Source: Cenococcum geophilum
Taxonomy: Eukaryota
Assembly (NCBI GenBank): GCA_050273025.1
Contig: CP158636.1
Coordinates: 12,090,001 to 12,154,000, forward strand
Direction of reading: 5' to 3'
Length of the DNA: 64,000 nucleotides
Shown one piece after another: positions 47,788-61,292 of the stretch (its first letter is position 1; each line of letters starts with the position of its first letter). Position numbers and translations under genes: made by a program. The notes below the pieces were generated by a model. It ran no database searches. It had not been told where the DNA came from and saw nothing but the letters and a program-made list of their open reading frames with translations.

Positions 47788-50700
47788 TGTCGGTATACTT
47801 ACATTATTAACGTGTACGAATATCACTTGTAGTGGTACGTATGCGGTGTTAAAGTTAGTAGTTATTAATTAACGTCTTAAAAATAGGGGTTTGCTCCAAG
47901 GTTAGATTAGCTAGTCTCGCTTCGTGGTCCCGTAACCACGTCACATAACTAACATTTTAACACTAAAGCAACTTTAAGAAGAAGGCTAATCTATACTCCT
48001 AAGCCAAGTCTATTTCTAGACTATTTGTAGCATATACGTAATAGCTAAAGATCCAATTAATACGCAATAGTTTCCGCGCTCCTTTTACAGGTCCGTAATT
48101 ATATAACTAGTGTTACGGTTTATACCAATACCTCTACACTAAAGCTTGTAGAATGCTATATTATAGGGACACTAAGCTAAGGAAAAGAAGGAGAAGAATT
48201 GTTAGGGGTAGCAGGTTAATATATCGCGAGGGCCGCCAAGGCGCTAGTGGTAAGCGAGCTAATAGCAATTTTCCATCCTGGGGATAAAAAATCCTAATTA
48301 GCTAGTTAAATTTAGGGTCCGTAGAATATGGCAGGTAGTATACCCTAGTGCCGTTATAACCTATAAACCACCTTCTATTACTCCTTACGCTCTACCTAAC
48401 CTATAGCCTATATATTAACTTAGTTCGTATTAATAAGTCGCTATAGGGCGACGCAAGCCTTCCCCTTAGTCATCGCGTCCGTAGGGTTAGCTTCACTATT
48501 AATCTATTTAACCTTCGTAATCTGCTGACGTTTGTAGGCTTATTATAGGCATATTATATTAATTATTAATTACTTCTCTTATGTAGTTCTAAGTCGTATA
48601 AGATAGTTATATAGCGACTTAGAATCGGTATAAAGTATAAGCGGGAGGTTAATCTATAGGACCTTGTCTACCATAGACTTAATAGCGACGGCGATATTAA
48701 AGCCGTAAGCCATTCCGTAGAGTTTAGAAGCCAAAACGCTTCTAGTAACTCTTTTATACTTAATTAAGCTCTAATAGATAACATTGGCCTTCTTAGTTAC
48801 GTTAGCTAGTATAATAACGTAGCTAATTTGCAAAGAGAGGTCCTTATTATTAGTAAAGGAAGCGTCCGTAAAAACTAAGAGCTATAGGGTTTTAGCCTCT
48901 AATTTAATAAACTTAAGACCTCTATATAAGTTCTAAATCTGCCAACTTAGGCGTTTATTTAACTCCTTTATATCTACCTCTTTAGGATTAGTTACCTAGG
49001 TAGTAAAGGATAAGTTAAATAAAGCCTTTAGTTAATAGACTAAGGCGATATAGGCTCCTTTGGCGCGTTAAGCGATATACTAGTCCTTTAGCGTAAGTAG
49101 GCCGCGTGTAATTTCTCTAGAGCTAGTGCTATCTGCTAGCGTAGTATTAACCACACTAAGGTTCTCACACTGGCGCTTTTGCGTTAGCGTAATACTTTTA
49201 TCTTATACTAATTAAATAAGTCCTCCATTAAACTTAACTGGTGTATTAGTAGTTAGTTACTCTCGCTTCTTAGCTATAAATTCAGCCTTATATAGTTCGC
49301 TTTATTTAGCCTCTATAAAGGTATTATCTATAAGGAATAGCGTATTATTAGTCTATAAGCCGACGATTCTAAAAGGTTTATTGCTGTAAAGCAAGTAAGG
49401 GTCGTACGTAGACTAGTCTATTCACAGCTAATTAACGTAGTGTAAATAGTAGGTCTTAAACCAGTGGTTTCTAGCTTTAGGCACTCTATAAAGTGGCTTT
49501 ACAACCTTTAGAACGGAGTCCTTATCAATTCCCAATTGTTTGTTTAGCTTATGTAGTGGTTATACATAGAACTCGCGGTTTAGGTTCGTAGTAGACTGGA
49601 CATAGGCTTGTAAAATATCTTAGAGGTAGAGTTATATTTATGGTAGTATAGCAATAATATAGAGAATCAGCCGCTGGCTAACTCGTTAAATTATTGGTAA
49701 TTAAGTAAGGACTAGCTCTTTCTCTAAATCGTTATAGGCCTATATAACAAGTTATAATTTCTTAAAGGCTTTATTAGTTCCCTTATTCTTAATCTCGTTA
49801 ACAAACTATAAATTAAAGAGTTTAACCCCCTTTAGCATATTATATAGCTTAATAATCTTAAAGACGCCTTTCTTAAGTAGGCCTATAACCTCCTTTTGCC
49901 ATAAAGCGCTAAACTAGGTATTACCATTGTTCTATAAGTAAATAGTAGTATTAGCTATATCTGCGGTATCATTGTCCTGTAAGTAGATAGCGATATCAGC
50001 CATATCTATAATATCACCCGTAAGAGCATCTATATCTATTATAGTATCCGTAACAGTTATATCTGCAACAGCTATAAGCAATAGGTATTTACGGGGGCGA
50101 CCTCTACCTCGCTTTGGCGGTAGCTATAGTTTAGCCTTAGGTAACAATTAAGGTTCGGCTGGTAAAGGTACTAGTTTATTTAATTCGGCAGACTCTTATG
50201 GTTTAACTGGGTCTTATAGGTCTAGTAGCTAAGGTTTTACAACCGTAAAGCAAAAGGTCGTAGGCCTATTTAGTAGCTTTATAGTACAGGTCTCACCGTT
50301 AACGGCAAGCAGTATATATAGTCCGTCCCAATAACCACTTTAGCCAGTATTGCCTTCTCTCCAGACTAAGACAGGCAAACTAGGTGGAAGGCCATAAATA
50401 GCGTCAGTTCGTGGTCCATTTTGTATATTAAGAGCGTTAGCGATCTGTCGTTCAGCTTATAGCTTCTAGATTTCCACCATTGCTTTCTTAATAGCCGCAG
50501 CTTATTATATAATTAAAGGTAATAGCGCGTCTAATTTAACTATTTAGGGGTAGGCTCTAAAGACTAGGAGTATAGGGACTAGGCCTTCTAGGCCGGCTAT
50601 ATTATTAATGGCTTTAAAGGCTATTTATAGGGCTATCTCCTTACTAATTTCAGGGATTTTAGTCGTAATAATTTAGTAAGCTCGTCGTAGCGGACCGTAG

Positions 50701-53700
50701 TAGCGTTCTACCATTCCAATAGAATTATATAATTCGACTAGAACCGACTTTATAGTTGCTCCTATAGTAGTAGCGTAGTGCTTAAACTCCTTACTAATAA
50801 AGTTCTTCCTAGCGTCTGTAGTGATTAAGTCTAGTAGTCCTAAATAGCTATCAATCTAGCACATTCGAAGAACGTCCTAAGTGTGCTTAGCGCTAATATC
50901 TCGTAGCTATCTACCAGCTTAAAATCGAGTTGCTTCGTCAACTACGTATAGTAGGGGGGAGCCGCTAATATACATAATGTCGACAATAATATTATAGTTA
51001 AAATTAACGTTGTCTTGTAAGGTAAAGCGAAATTTACTTAGAGATCTTCTAAACTTCTAGCAGTAGTAGCAGAGTCTTATTAGCTCTTTAATAGCAGATC
51101 TATTAGTATTATAGCCGTGGCCAGTCTTATTAAGAAGCTTTTGTAGTCTATTAACTAACGGGTAACCAAATCGACGGTATAGACGTCGTAGCTCTACGTC
51201 AGTTAAGTAGCAAGGGTTTGCGTTAAAAGACTTAACTAAATAAAACTGTAAGGAGGAGCTCTATATAAGAAACGGGTAGCCAAATTATCTAACTACTGGT
51301 ACCTTTTTAGTGCGAGTGATAATAACGTCCTTTAGGTTATCGTATTTAATATAGAGTTTATCTATATCTACTAAGCAAAGTAGGAAAGGAGTATCTACTT
51401 TAATGATATAGAATTGTACCTTGCCTATAGGGCTGTTAACGTCTATAGTTCCGATAGACGTAAAGGCTCCAATCCCAAATTAGATAGTTACTTAGCCCTT
51501 AGTTAACGTGTTAAGACTCACGGACTTATCTACGGCCTATAGGGCTTAGAACTGGCCGTAGCCAGCTATAGACTTACGCGAAGCACCTATATCAATTATA
51601 ATTCCTATAAAGACCGTTAAGGTATATCATAACGCTATAGTTATAGTCGTATTACAGGCGAATAGGTTAGTCTCCGTATAAGGTTTTGTAGCAGACTCCG
51701 TAGTAAGTTTTAAAGCTATAAGTAGGTATATATAAGCCTTATTAGCTAGCTCTACGCTTATAGAGGTTGCTTCCTCTATAGTAAGTGTTCCAAAAGTGGT
51801 AATATAGGCAGAACTATCGTTAGGTTCTCCGGCATTGCTCCTAGAGTCATTAGCGTCTTATATATAGGCTTTAAAGTCTAAGTTATCCTTTTTATCTCTT
51901 TTATAGGCGGCGACGTATTGTTTAAAGTGGTTGTTAAAGTTACCCTTATTACGGCCCTTAATATCAATAAAACGTCTCTTATAGTCGTCTCTAGATTAAT
52001 TACGCTCCTCCTCTATATATTTCTACAAACAGCAGTCCTCCTTCTTACAGACATAGCACTTAGCCTTTAGTTTGCCGTTAGTTTTATAGGGGCGATTGCT
52101 ACCATAGCAATTGGTGTTTTAGTCTTAATTTTAGTTATTTTAATAGTAACATCAATCCGTAAAAAAGGCTTAGTGGGACGATCTTATTAAGGCCTATAGG
52201 GAGTGTTCTTTTTCCCACGCAATAATAGAGGATTATAGCTTACTAATTAACTAAAAGAGGTCTTTTAAAGGGTTAGAGACAGTAATATGGCATACTAGCA
52301 CTCCCTAGTAAGTAGTAACTAACTTATTTATAAGAATGCGGTTCGTATAAAAGTCTAAGTATAGTCTATAACGTTACTTTAGCAGTTTATCTATAAGCAG
52401 TTAGAAGTTCTAATAAATTAACTTATTAGGGTTCTCGTCTATAACTCCTTAGAGGGTTATACTATTCCACTTCGTAAGGTTCTTACAGTAGTATTCTAGC
52501 CCTTTAAAGAACTGTTGTATATAGTTATAGGCTTCCGTAAAAGGTCTCGACTTAAGGTTGCTATTATAGTAATAGTCCTAAGCAAGCCCTTTTAGCATAC
52601 TAGGGAATGCCACTATATAGCCTTCTGGTAGTAAGCCAGATCTCTTATAGATATTATAGAAGATAGTCAGCTTAAAGTTAAAGCTGTCATTAACTCCATT
52701 ATACTTTTAGTCGTCTGTGTAAATCTTCGCAATTATAGCCACCTCCTTGCTATATCTAGGTCCTTACTCCACACTAGGCACGGCCGGTTTAGGTAATATA
52801 TATATATATAGCTGCTGCGGCTGCTATAGCTGCTGCGGCTGCTGCTCTCTTAGCTATAGCAGTTGGTTAATAAGAGCGTGGATTTAGTTATAATTAGAGG
52901 ATTAAGGACCGGGAGGGGTAGCAGGGGTAGCGGGGGTAGCAATTAGAGTAGCTGGCAGTGCAGTAACCGGAGTAGCTGGTAGTACGGCAGCTGGGATAGC
53001 TGGTGAAGTTAGTAGAGTAGCTAGTAGTAGGGCTAAAGATATAGTAAGCTTATCTAAGGTTAAATTAAGTTAGTCTTGCAGAGTTGTTATAATCATTGGT
53101 TTTACCTCTATAAGGGCTGCGGTAAGCTCCTCATCTATCCACTAATGCTGCTCTTCCCGTTGCATAACCTTAAATAACAGTTCAGATACGGTAACTCTAT
53201 TAGTATATTTGCCTACGTAAACACCTCTTTTAAGGAGATGTCTTCGCAGCTTAGATCTAATATCTATACATATCTTCTTAAAGCTCTCCACTATAAATCC
53301 TTTAAACTGCTCTTAAAAAACAACCTATAAGTCGGTATCTGTGAGTTCTTATATCTTGTAAAGATATATTATCGTTTATACAAACTCTACCAGTTTATCC
53401 TTTATAGCCTTATCTACGTTAATTCCGTATCCGTATTTACTGGCCTTTACGGCCCATTCTTCCTCTATTAGTGCTATAGTTGTAATAGTATAGAGGTAAG
53501 GGTGTAGAGGAGGGTATAGAGGGTGTAGAGGTGGGGTGTAAAGGTATATACGTGTCCTGTCAACAGATCTACAGTTTTAAAGACTAAAGACGATTCTTAG
53601 TAAAGATATAATTCTCTAGGCGATCTAACGCGTCAACGGTTAAGCTAATGCGTGGTCTTAAGCTTTAAGGGTGGCGTAGCTTTCTCCTTTAACTAGACGG

Positions 53701-54079
53701 TTCTTAGCAAAGATACAATTCTCTAGGCGATCTAACACGTTAGCAGTTAAGCTAATACGTTCGTCTCGAGCTTTAAGGGTAGTATAGCTTTCTCCTTTAA
53801 CTAAAATAGGGCGATAACTCTGCGATCATTAAACACTAGGTAAGTAGTGCTATTTCTTAAGCTTTGCTATTGCGTATTTCCTAATCTATACGTCTACTAA
53901 TCAGTATCGGTATACTTGCATTATCAACGTGCACGAATATCACTTATAGTGGTACGTATGCGGTATTAAAGTTAGTAGTTATTAATTAATGTCTTGAAAA
54001 TAGGGGTTTGCTCCAAGGTCAGATTAGCTAGTCTCGCTTCGTGGTCCCGTAACCACGTTATATAACTAACATTCCGACA
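47788..54079 (-). mobile_element. GalEa-like Copia element C, full length (LTRs 47788-47962 and 53905-54079), TSD TTAAT
   Basis: 175-bp direct repeats TGTCGG...CCGACA, with TTAAT at 47783-47787 and 54080-54084. The Copia pol is on -, the RT core de-RIPs to IVGLQTDDT (~49341-49367), and RNase H ends ANPTDAMTK (~48467-48493). Confidence 0.95.
53594..53803. repeat. ~102-bp direct duplication in the 5' leader of Copia C
   Basis: TTCTTAGYAAAGATAYAATTCTCTAGGCGATCTAAC...CTTTCTCCTTTAACTA at 53594-53695 and 53701-53803. Confidence 0.9.
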
Positions 54080-56540
54080 TTAATATAATATCTTAAATAC
54101 TATTCTAGCGTTTAATTTAATCTTTCTATTTATTTATCTATTTGCGGATAATATATAGTAGAAGTTACTACTCTAACTCCTTATTCCGTTAAGAATACCT
54201 CCTAAAATACTACTATAAATCTTAGATCTCTATTTAATATAATCTTACTTAGTGCTCTATATTTTATAAATACTTTTTTAATATAGAGTCTAATAATATC
54301 TTCTGCTAAGATTTCTTTTATATATGCTATAAAGTAGCCCTATTTAGTTAACTTATTTATTATTACGAGAATTATATTATACTCCTATCTAGTAATAGGA
54401 TCTCTTAACTTTAGTAGCTTAATAATAAAGTCCTATAATATAACCTCCTATAGTCTCTCTAGTATTTTAATAGGTTATAGCCCTCTATATAGCTTATATC
54501 TTATTAGTTTATTCCTTTAGCAATTTAGATATTCTTTTATTACTTTTCTTATAATATTCTAGATTCTATTAATAATATATTCTTCTTAAAGTCTTAATAC
54601 TAAGCCTATTGCTCTATTATATCCTTAAGTTATTCCTTTATAGAAATCTTCCATAAAATACTATACTATACTTTTTAGGATATACTTTACTTCTTAATTT
54701 ATATATATATCTATCTATAGATCTTCTAGCTATATTTTTAGAATTCTTTATACCTAAAAGCTCTTTAGTGTCTTATAGACTCTTTTTAGTTCTTTATCCT
54801 CTTAAGTTGCTACTAGTTTAGGGTAATCATATCTAATCAATCCATCCTTGTCTCTGTATAGCATTACTCCTAATAGTTTCTTATTATTTTATAGTTTAGC
54901 CTTTCTACTTAGTACGTCTACTCTTATATTCTTAGTTCCTTTAGTATACTAAATCTTAAAATAGTATTCTATAAGTATCTCTACCTATCTAACCTATCTC
55001 TAATTAAGTTCTTTTATTATTAGGAACCCTATTAGGTTTTTATAATTCGTCTTAACTATAAATAGTTTCTCTACGCCTTATAAAAATACTCTCTATTTTT
55101 AAGTACTATAACTATACCTAATAACTCCTTATTATAGATGTTATAGTTTAACTCTAGTAATGTTATCTTTTAACTATAATATGCTACTAGGTGCTATATA
55201 TTTTTATACTTTTAAAGTAAATACGCTCCTAGTATAAAGTCTAATATATCTGTTTCTATAACTATATCTAGTCTTAATTAATAAATCTTAAGGATTGGCT
55301 TCTAGGTAAACAGCTCCTTAAGTTCTTTAAATGGTTTTTTTATTCGTCTCCCTATGCCTATAGTTTCTCTTTCTTTAACTACTGTACTATAAACCTCCTA
55401 TAATAGTTGCAAAACCCTAAAAATAACCCTAACTATATTATATTCTCTAGTTCTTACTAATTAACTATAGCTTTAATTTTTCTTTAGGTCTATATTAATA
55501 TAACTTAGTTTAATAATAAATTTAATAAAATCGGTCTTCCTAGTAAAGAACTCGCATTTTTAATTACTACTAGTATCTGCTCTTCTTATAATCTCTTTAA
55601 GACCAATTTAATATATTCTCCTTATTCTTCCTTAGTTATTAAGCAGATAATAATATCGTTAAGGTATACTATAATAAACTTATTAAGGTGTTCTCCTAAC
55701 ACACTATTAATTTATTTCTAAAATATTACTAAAATATTTATTAACCTAAACTGCATTACTAATAGTTTATATAGTTCTTCCTTTAACCTAAAGGCTGCCT
55801 TTTATTTATTGCCTTCCTTAATTCTAACCTAATAGTACGCCTATCTTAGATCTATCTTTATAAAGATTTACGCATTACCTATCTAATCCTAGATTTTACT
55901 AATTAAGAATAAAAGATACCTATTCTTCCTAGTAATGCTATTTAACTGTTTATAGTTAATGTATAATCTAAGTTTTCTATTCTTCTTTAGTATAAACAGT
56001 ACTAGATATCCCGCTAATAACTACAATAGTCTAATATATCCCTTTTATAAGTTTTCTTAAACAAACTCTTTAAGTGCTCTTAACTTTTCTTATATAAGTT
56101 TATAGGTTAGAAAGAACCTTAAACTTATTTCTAATTCTAACTCTATCTTATAGTCCTATACTATATAATTTGCTAGCTTTTTACTTTCTGGGCTCTATAG
56201 TTTCTTACTATACTTATAGTATCTCTTTAGTATATAGGATAACCCCTTTTTAGTTTTCTTATATATTGCTTTAACTTAGTACTATACTAACTTAGTCTAT
56301 TATTATATCTTACGGCGTTAAGTATTTCTAATATTAACCTAACCTATAATCTAATTAATCTTTAGATTATATTTCTATAACTAAGGCATACTTAATACTG
56401 CCTTATCCCGTCCTAATAGTAGGATATTAAAAGACATCTTAATTTATCTTCCTTTAATGGTTATCTAAATAGGTTCTATCTTAAGGTTAATAATCCCTCC
56501 TCTATAGGTTATTAGATCTCCTAAGATTATAACTAATAGG

Positions 56541-56920
56541 TGTTACGGAGCGAGTATAAGTGGTGATAATATATAGCGAAGTAGATATTATTAAGCTATG
56601 TATATAAACTGTATAATAAGGTCAAGACGTTACGTAAGGAAAGAAGGTAAGAAAACGGGAAGAAAGGGTACATATTGTAGACTTAGTTGCTTAGTTAATA
56701 TATATATAGAGTAGAATAGAATTTAGGTAGTAGTCCTGGCAAAACTTAGCAGGATTTAGTAAAACTTAGTAGAACTTAGTAGAATATAGTAAAATATAGT
56801 AAGTTGCTATTAGATTGCCGCAGATTACTATTAAATTGCTGTCTTGTAGTCGGTCTCTAGTTGCTAAATTAGTAGAAATAGGTAGATGTGTATAAGGTGT
56901 TATGGGGGTGTCCCGTAATA
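56541..56920 (-). mobile_element. Solo LTR of Gypsy family F (380 bp), TSD ATAGG
   Basis: Homologous to the LTRs at 20743 and 38298, with ATAGG at 56536-56540 and 56921-56925. Confidence 0.95.
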
Positions 56921-59900
56921 ATAGGTAAGGTTATTCCTTTTATCTATAAGGTAACCCTATTTTTTTTAATAGCTGCTAATAAGATATAGTTTCGTATTAC
57001 TCCACTATCTATTAATACTTTAAACTGTTAGTCTTACTAGTTAACTTATAAATTTAGGTATCTTCCTTAAATTCCTTTAAGGGTCTAAGGCTTTACTACT
57101 AGCTCCCTCTGGTTTTATAGGCCTCTACTTTTTCTAATTATTAGCTACTTAATCCTATTACTTTTAGCTTGTTCTTTAGCTAATACCTAATTCGCTTTTT
57201 ATCCTTAATATACTATAGACACGTATTCTTTAGGCATTTCTACTACTATTATCTATTTAAGTATTCTTCTATAAAGAATCTTTCTAGTTAAAGTATTAAG
57301 TCTACTAACTCCTAAACTTCTGCTAGATGCTATCTATGTATTTACTTAGCATTTCTATACTTACTTATCTAGCGCCCAATATATCCTTATAGGGTATTTC
57401 CAAATTTTCTCTTTTGGATTTTTATATATTTTATATATATTATCTATATATATAATCTATAATAACGTGTAATATACTAGGTGTTTTAGGTTAACTCTTA
57501 ACTTATCTTTATCTTTAAGTTTAAACCTTTACTATACTAATCTAAATATTATAACTTTGTTTATAGGTACTAAGATACGTCTCTTACTTCTCTAGTCCTC
57601 TAATTATTCCTTTAGATCTTTTAATATTATAATTAAAGCTCCTTTAATATAACTTATTGCCTTTTCCGTAATAGGGTAGTCCTAAATAACTTTTTTATCT
57701 AACTATATATAGAAATCTTCTTACTTATTGTTATATCGTTACCTATACTACTTTTAATATAGCTATTAGAGTGTATACAGCTTGTTCGTAAGAAAGTATC
57801 TTCTTATTACTATGTCGTAATAGCCCTTTATATATTATTCTTTAAATCTAATAGGGATCCCTAGATCCTCTGTATCTTCCAGTTTAGTAAGCTACTTAGC
57901 TCTTAGCGTACCTACCCTAAGCCTATTAGTAATTCTTTATATAGGTGCTCTGTCCCTTATATAACCTAGTATACTAGTTCTTTAATCTAGTTTCTGTTCT
58001 TATTATACGAGAATTCTTTACCTAAATTCCTCTCTAGTTTTTTTTTTAGTTTTCGCCTTATAAGTAGATCCTTAAAGTCTTCCTACTTCTTAATCGCGAT
58101 ATTAATTCTTTAATCCTATTGCTAAGCCTTACTTATAATTTCTTTAATAGTCCTTATTCTAGTACTAAAATCTTAGTCCTATAGGATTCTTAATCCTAAG
58201 CTTACTTCTTTCTTAAGCTTAGATCTAGCCTTAGTTTAACTAGGCTTCTATAGTGTTCTTATCTTATCTTAAGAGTCTTAAATCTTACTTATCTCGTCTT
58301 AAGAGTCTTATACCTTTAGGAAACTTCGTCCTAAGCTTATTTATATATTACTAAACTAAGCCGTTACTCTACTCTATTGGTTATTATCCGTTATAGGTCC
58401 TTAAGCTTATCTTATTTTAAGAATCTTAAGCCTATAGCCTTTTGCCTTTATTAAGTGCTAAAGTAGTTTACTACCCTACTTCTCTTACGTCTTATAAAGC
58501 GATAGATATTATATTTAGTGGGGTTTTAATCCCTACTAATATTCCCTATTCTGTAGTGGAATTATTCTTTACTTCTTTTATAACATCTTTAAGGTCTATA
58601 TACTTCTAGTAAGCTACCTTTATTACCTTATTATTATAGAATGTTTTACCTATATTAAATTTATTATCCTTAATATCCGATCTACGAGATAGTTTATTAG
58701 TTTCTTTAAACTTTAGTAATTCTATCTCTTATAGTTAATAGCTTACGCCGTACTTAGCGTCCTTATAAATTTAGTATACGTTATTATAACAAAACGCGAA
58801 ACTTTTAATTAAATACTCTTTTATTCCTTATAGTATATTATTATCCCTCTATATATATATATATATTATCTACTAGTCTTATTCCTCTTACTATATAATA
58901 ACTCTACCTACTTTTATAGTCTCTAATAAAATAACCTTATTTTCCGCTATTTATATAAGCTCCCTCTTTAAACCATTTTTCTTACTATAGAGTCCGCCTA
59001 AATGTCTTCTATTACTAAGATCCTTAGTTTAGCCTCTACTCCTTAGACCTCTAATTACTTAATCCTTATCCTCTAGGTTTTTATAGTCATTTATTCTATT
59101 TTTTTTTATTTTTTTTAGTACGACTTAGGTTTATTAGCTTTGCGCTATACTATAGTTTTTAATTCTAACTTTATTATTGCGTGCCTTGCGCCTTATATAA
59201 CTATAGAACTCTATCTTAACCTTTTTTAGTCTACTCTCTTTAGTAGATCCTATTATTAATCTTAATTACTTAATTAATTAATTCCCTAAGAGCATCCGTA
59301 TCTTCTATTAGAATAATTACGTCCTAGACTTTTACTTTAAGTCCTTGTTTATACTATACTATAAGCGCTTTATTATTTTATTTAACTTATATTACTAATA
59401 TTTAAAACTACGTTATATACTTAATTGCTAAAGTTCTTTATACTAGGTTTTAAAGCTTTTTTTTTACTATAGTGGTTACCTCTAGGTCTTTAAATATTTG
59501 CGTTGGGTGTTCCGCGAACCCGTTCTAACTTAAGAATATATACCGTACCTCCTAGTTAGTAGTTATTATACCGTATTCCTATACCTTTATAAGGTAAGAT
59601 TTAAACTACTTAAGTGCCCTTCCTGTTAAGAATAATCCTACGTAAGCGACTTAATCTATAGGCGTTCCTAGCTTTACTCCTTCTTATATAACCTTAAAGT
59701 GCATTTACGTAAGGAATTCTTTAAGTTTTAACTTCTCCCCTAAGAATCGCTTAATTAAGGATAACTTAACCTTAGCTACTCTAATTCTATTAATTCTTTC
59801 CTTAAGTATCCTATTATTGTCTACTAATTAATTAACCGTTTCCTATAGTTGTCTAACGGTAACTAGTTAAGAGTTAGTATTTACTATACTAGTGTCGTTA

Positions 59901-60764
59901 CCTAATCCCAAAGTAGTTGCTGCCATTAACGGCGTCGTGGCTACTGCTTTTGGTGGCATATTATTTAACTTCTTTTACTATAACTTTAGTAGTAAATATA
60001 TAATAAAACCTTGTAGGAAATACTACGGTAGACTTATTAATAGGCTAGGTATATAGGTATAGAATAGTTAATAATGTAAATATAACTAGTAGAGTAGTTA
60101 CCCAATAGATTAACTCTAATTATATTCTAAGATTTACTATAAAGAAAAGAAACTACCTATAGAGACCGTGTGTCTTTAAATATATAACTCCTCCCTATAG
60201 TAAAGGGTTTAGTATATTAGTACGTTAGTACGTTAGTACGTTACGTTTCCACATTTCTACGTTCCTACGTTCCGAACTTATAACGTAACTTATTACATAA
60301 CTTGGCTACCCCTTGTCCTATAGCTTAATTGGTTCCAGCGCCTCCTATACTATCTTAACTAACCCATTTATATCTCTTCTCTCTTCTTAATAGTCGTACT
60401 ACTGCCGATATAAGGTCCGTAATAGTAGGACTAGTACTAGTTATAAGTTAGCGAAGGTTAGAGTTCTATATATAATGGTAATACTAAAATACGCTAAGGA
60501 ATTAGCTTAAAATAGCAATTAATAGGAGAATAAAGAGGTATATTAAAGTAATAATTAAAAAAAAGAAAATCTTAATAATATATTAAAGATACGTCTAAAA
60601 TTGGATAAAGGTTAATAATAGAAAGTAAGGTGTTAAGGAAAAGGATTAAGCTTAATAAGTAAGGCATCTTTATACTTTACCTTCTAATACCCTTTTAGCG
60701 TATAGCCGTAACCTTACTAATATAACTCTATTATAATAGCGCAATTTAAAAGAAAGAAGATACG

Positions 60765-61292
60765 TATTACGGCGCTAGTGGAAACTAATAGATATTGGTG
60801 AAAACTGGTAGATTGTAGCTAATAGATATTGGTAGATTATAGCAGATAGATATTGGTAGATTATAGCAGATAGTCGCAGATAGTCGCAGATAGTCGTAAA
60901 CAGTTTTATACAGTTTTAGATAATTACCGTTATATAACTAAAGGATTATATATAACGTCGAGCGGTGCTACCCTTTATCTCCTTTCCTTTCTCTAGCTTT
61001 AGATTCTTATTTATAGACAATCCAATTATATAGGCTTGCGCGACCCTTTTACTATACTTATACCTTAATTAACTAAGTCGCTAATATTATTTAAAGCTCG
61101 CCTACTCTTCTTCCTAAGAAGAAACTTAAAAAAATATCTATAGACTATAAATAAGAATAGAATATAGAAGTAGACCTAAAGATTATTACTAGAACTTAAA
61201 GAATAAAACAGAACTAGAAGAATAGAAAAGAATAATAAGACCTATAGAATACGCATAGACTAGAACCCCTATAGAATTCTACTAAAAGTTAC
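60765..61292 (+). mobile_element. Probable 5' LTR (~60765-61086) and leader/gag start of a further Gypsy family (G), interrupted by Copia D
   Basis: Starts TATTACGG (TGTTACGG), has short tandem repeats at ~60790-60900 and a TATA at ~60947. The sequence just 3' of 61086 is complementary to 60995-61004. No second LTR is in the window. Confidence 0.5.

Larger units (their letters stand above)
45967..60424 (-). mobile_element. Ty3/Gypsy chromovirus E, full length (LTRs 45967-46369 and 59999-60424), TSD GTAGG; interrupted by Copia C and a solo LTR of family F
   Basis: GTAGG at 45962-45966 and 60425-60429, with a PPT (CTATTCCCCTCCTC on +) beside the left LTR. Gag starts MPPKAVATTP at 59959; protease LIDSG ~57001-57015; RT VYLNDII ~55649-55669; integrase is split at 47787/54080; chromodomain ~47130-47250. 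Confidence 0.92.

Noticed and set aside
48229..48327. Shared module as a tRNA or hammerhead ribozyme
   Set aside because: GGCGCTAGTGGTAAGCG resembles a D-arm, but there is no matching acceptor stem or T-loop. CUGANGA cannot be recovered by RIP reversal, and GAAA does not follow the stem directly.
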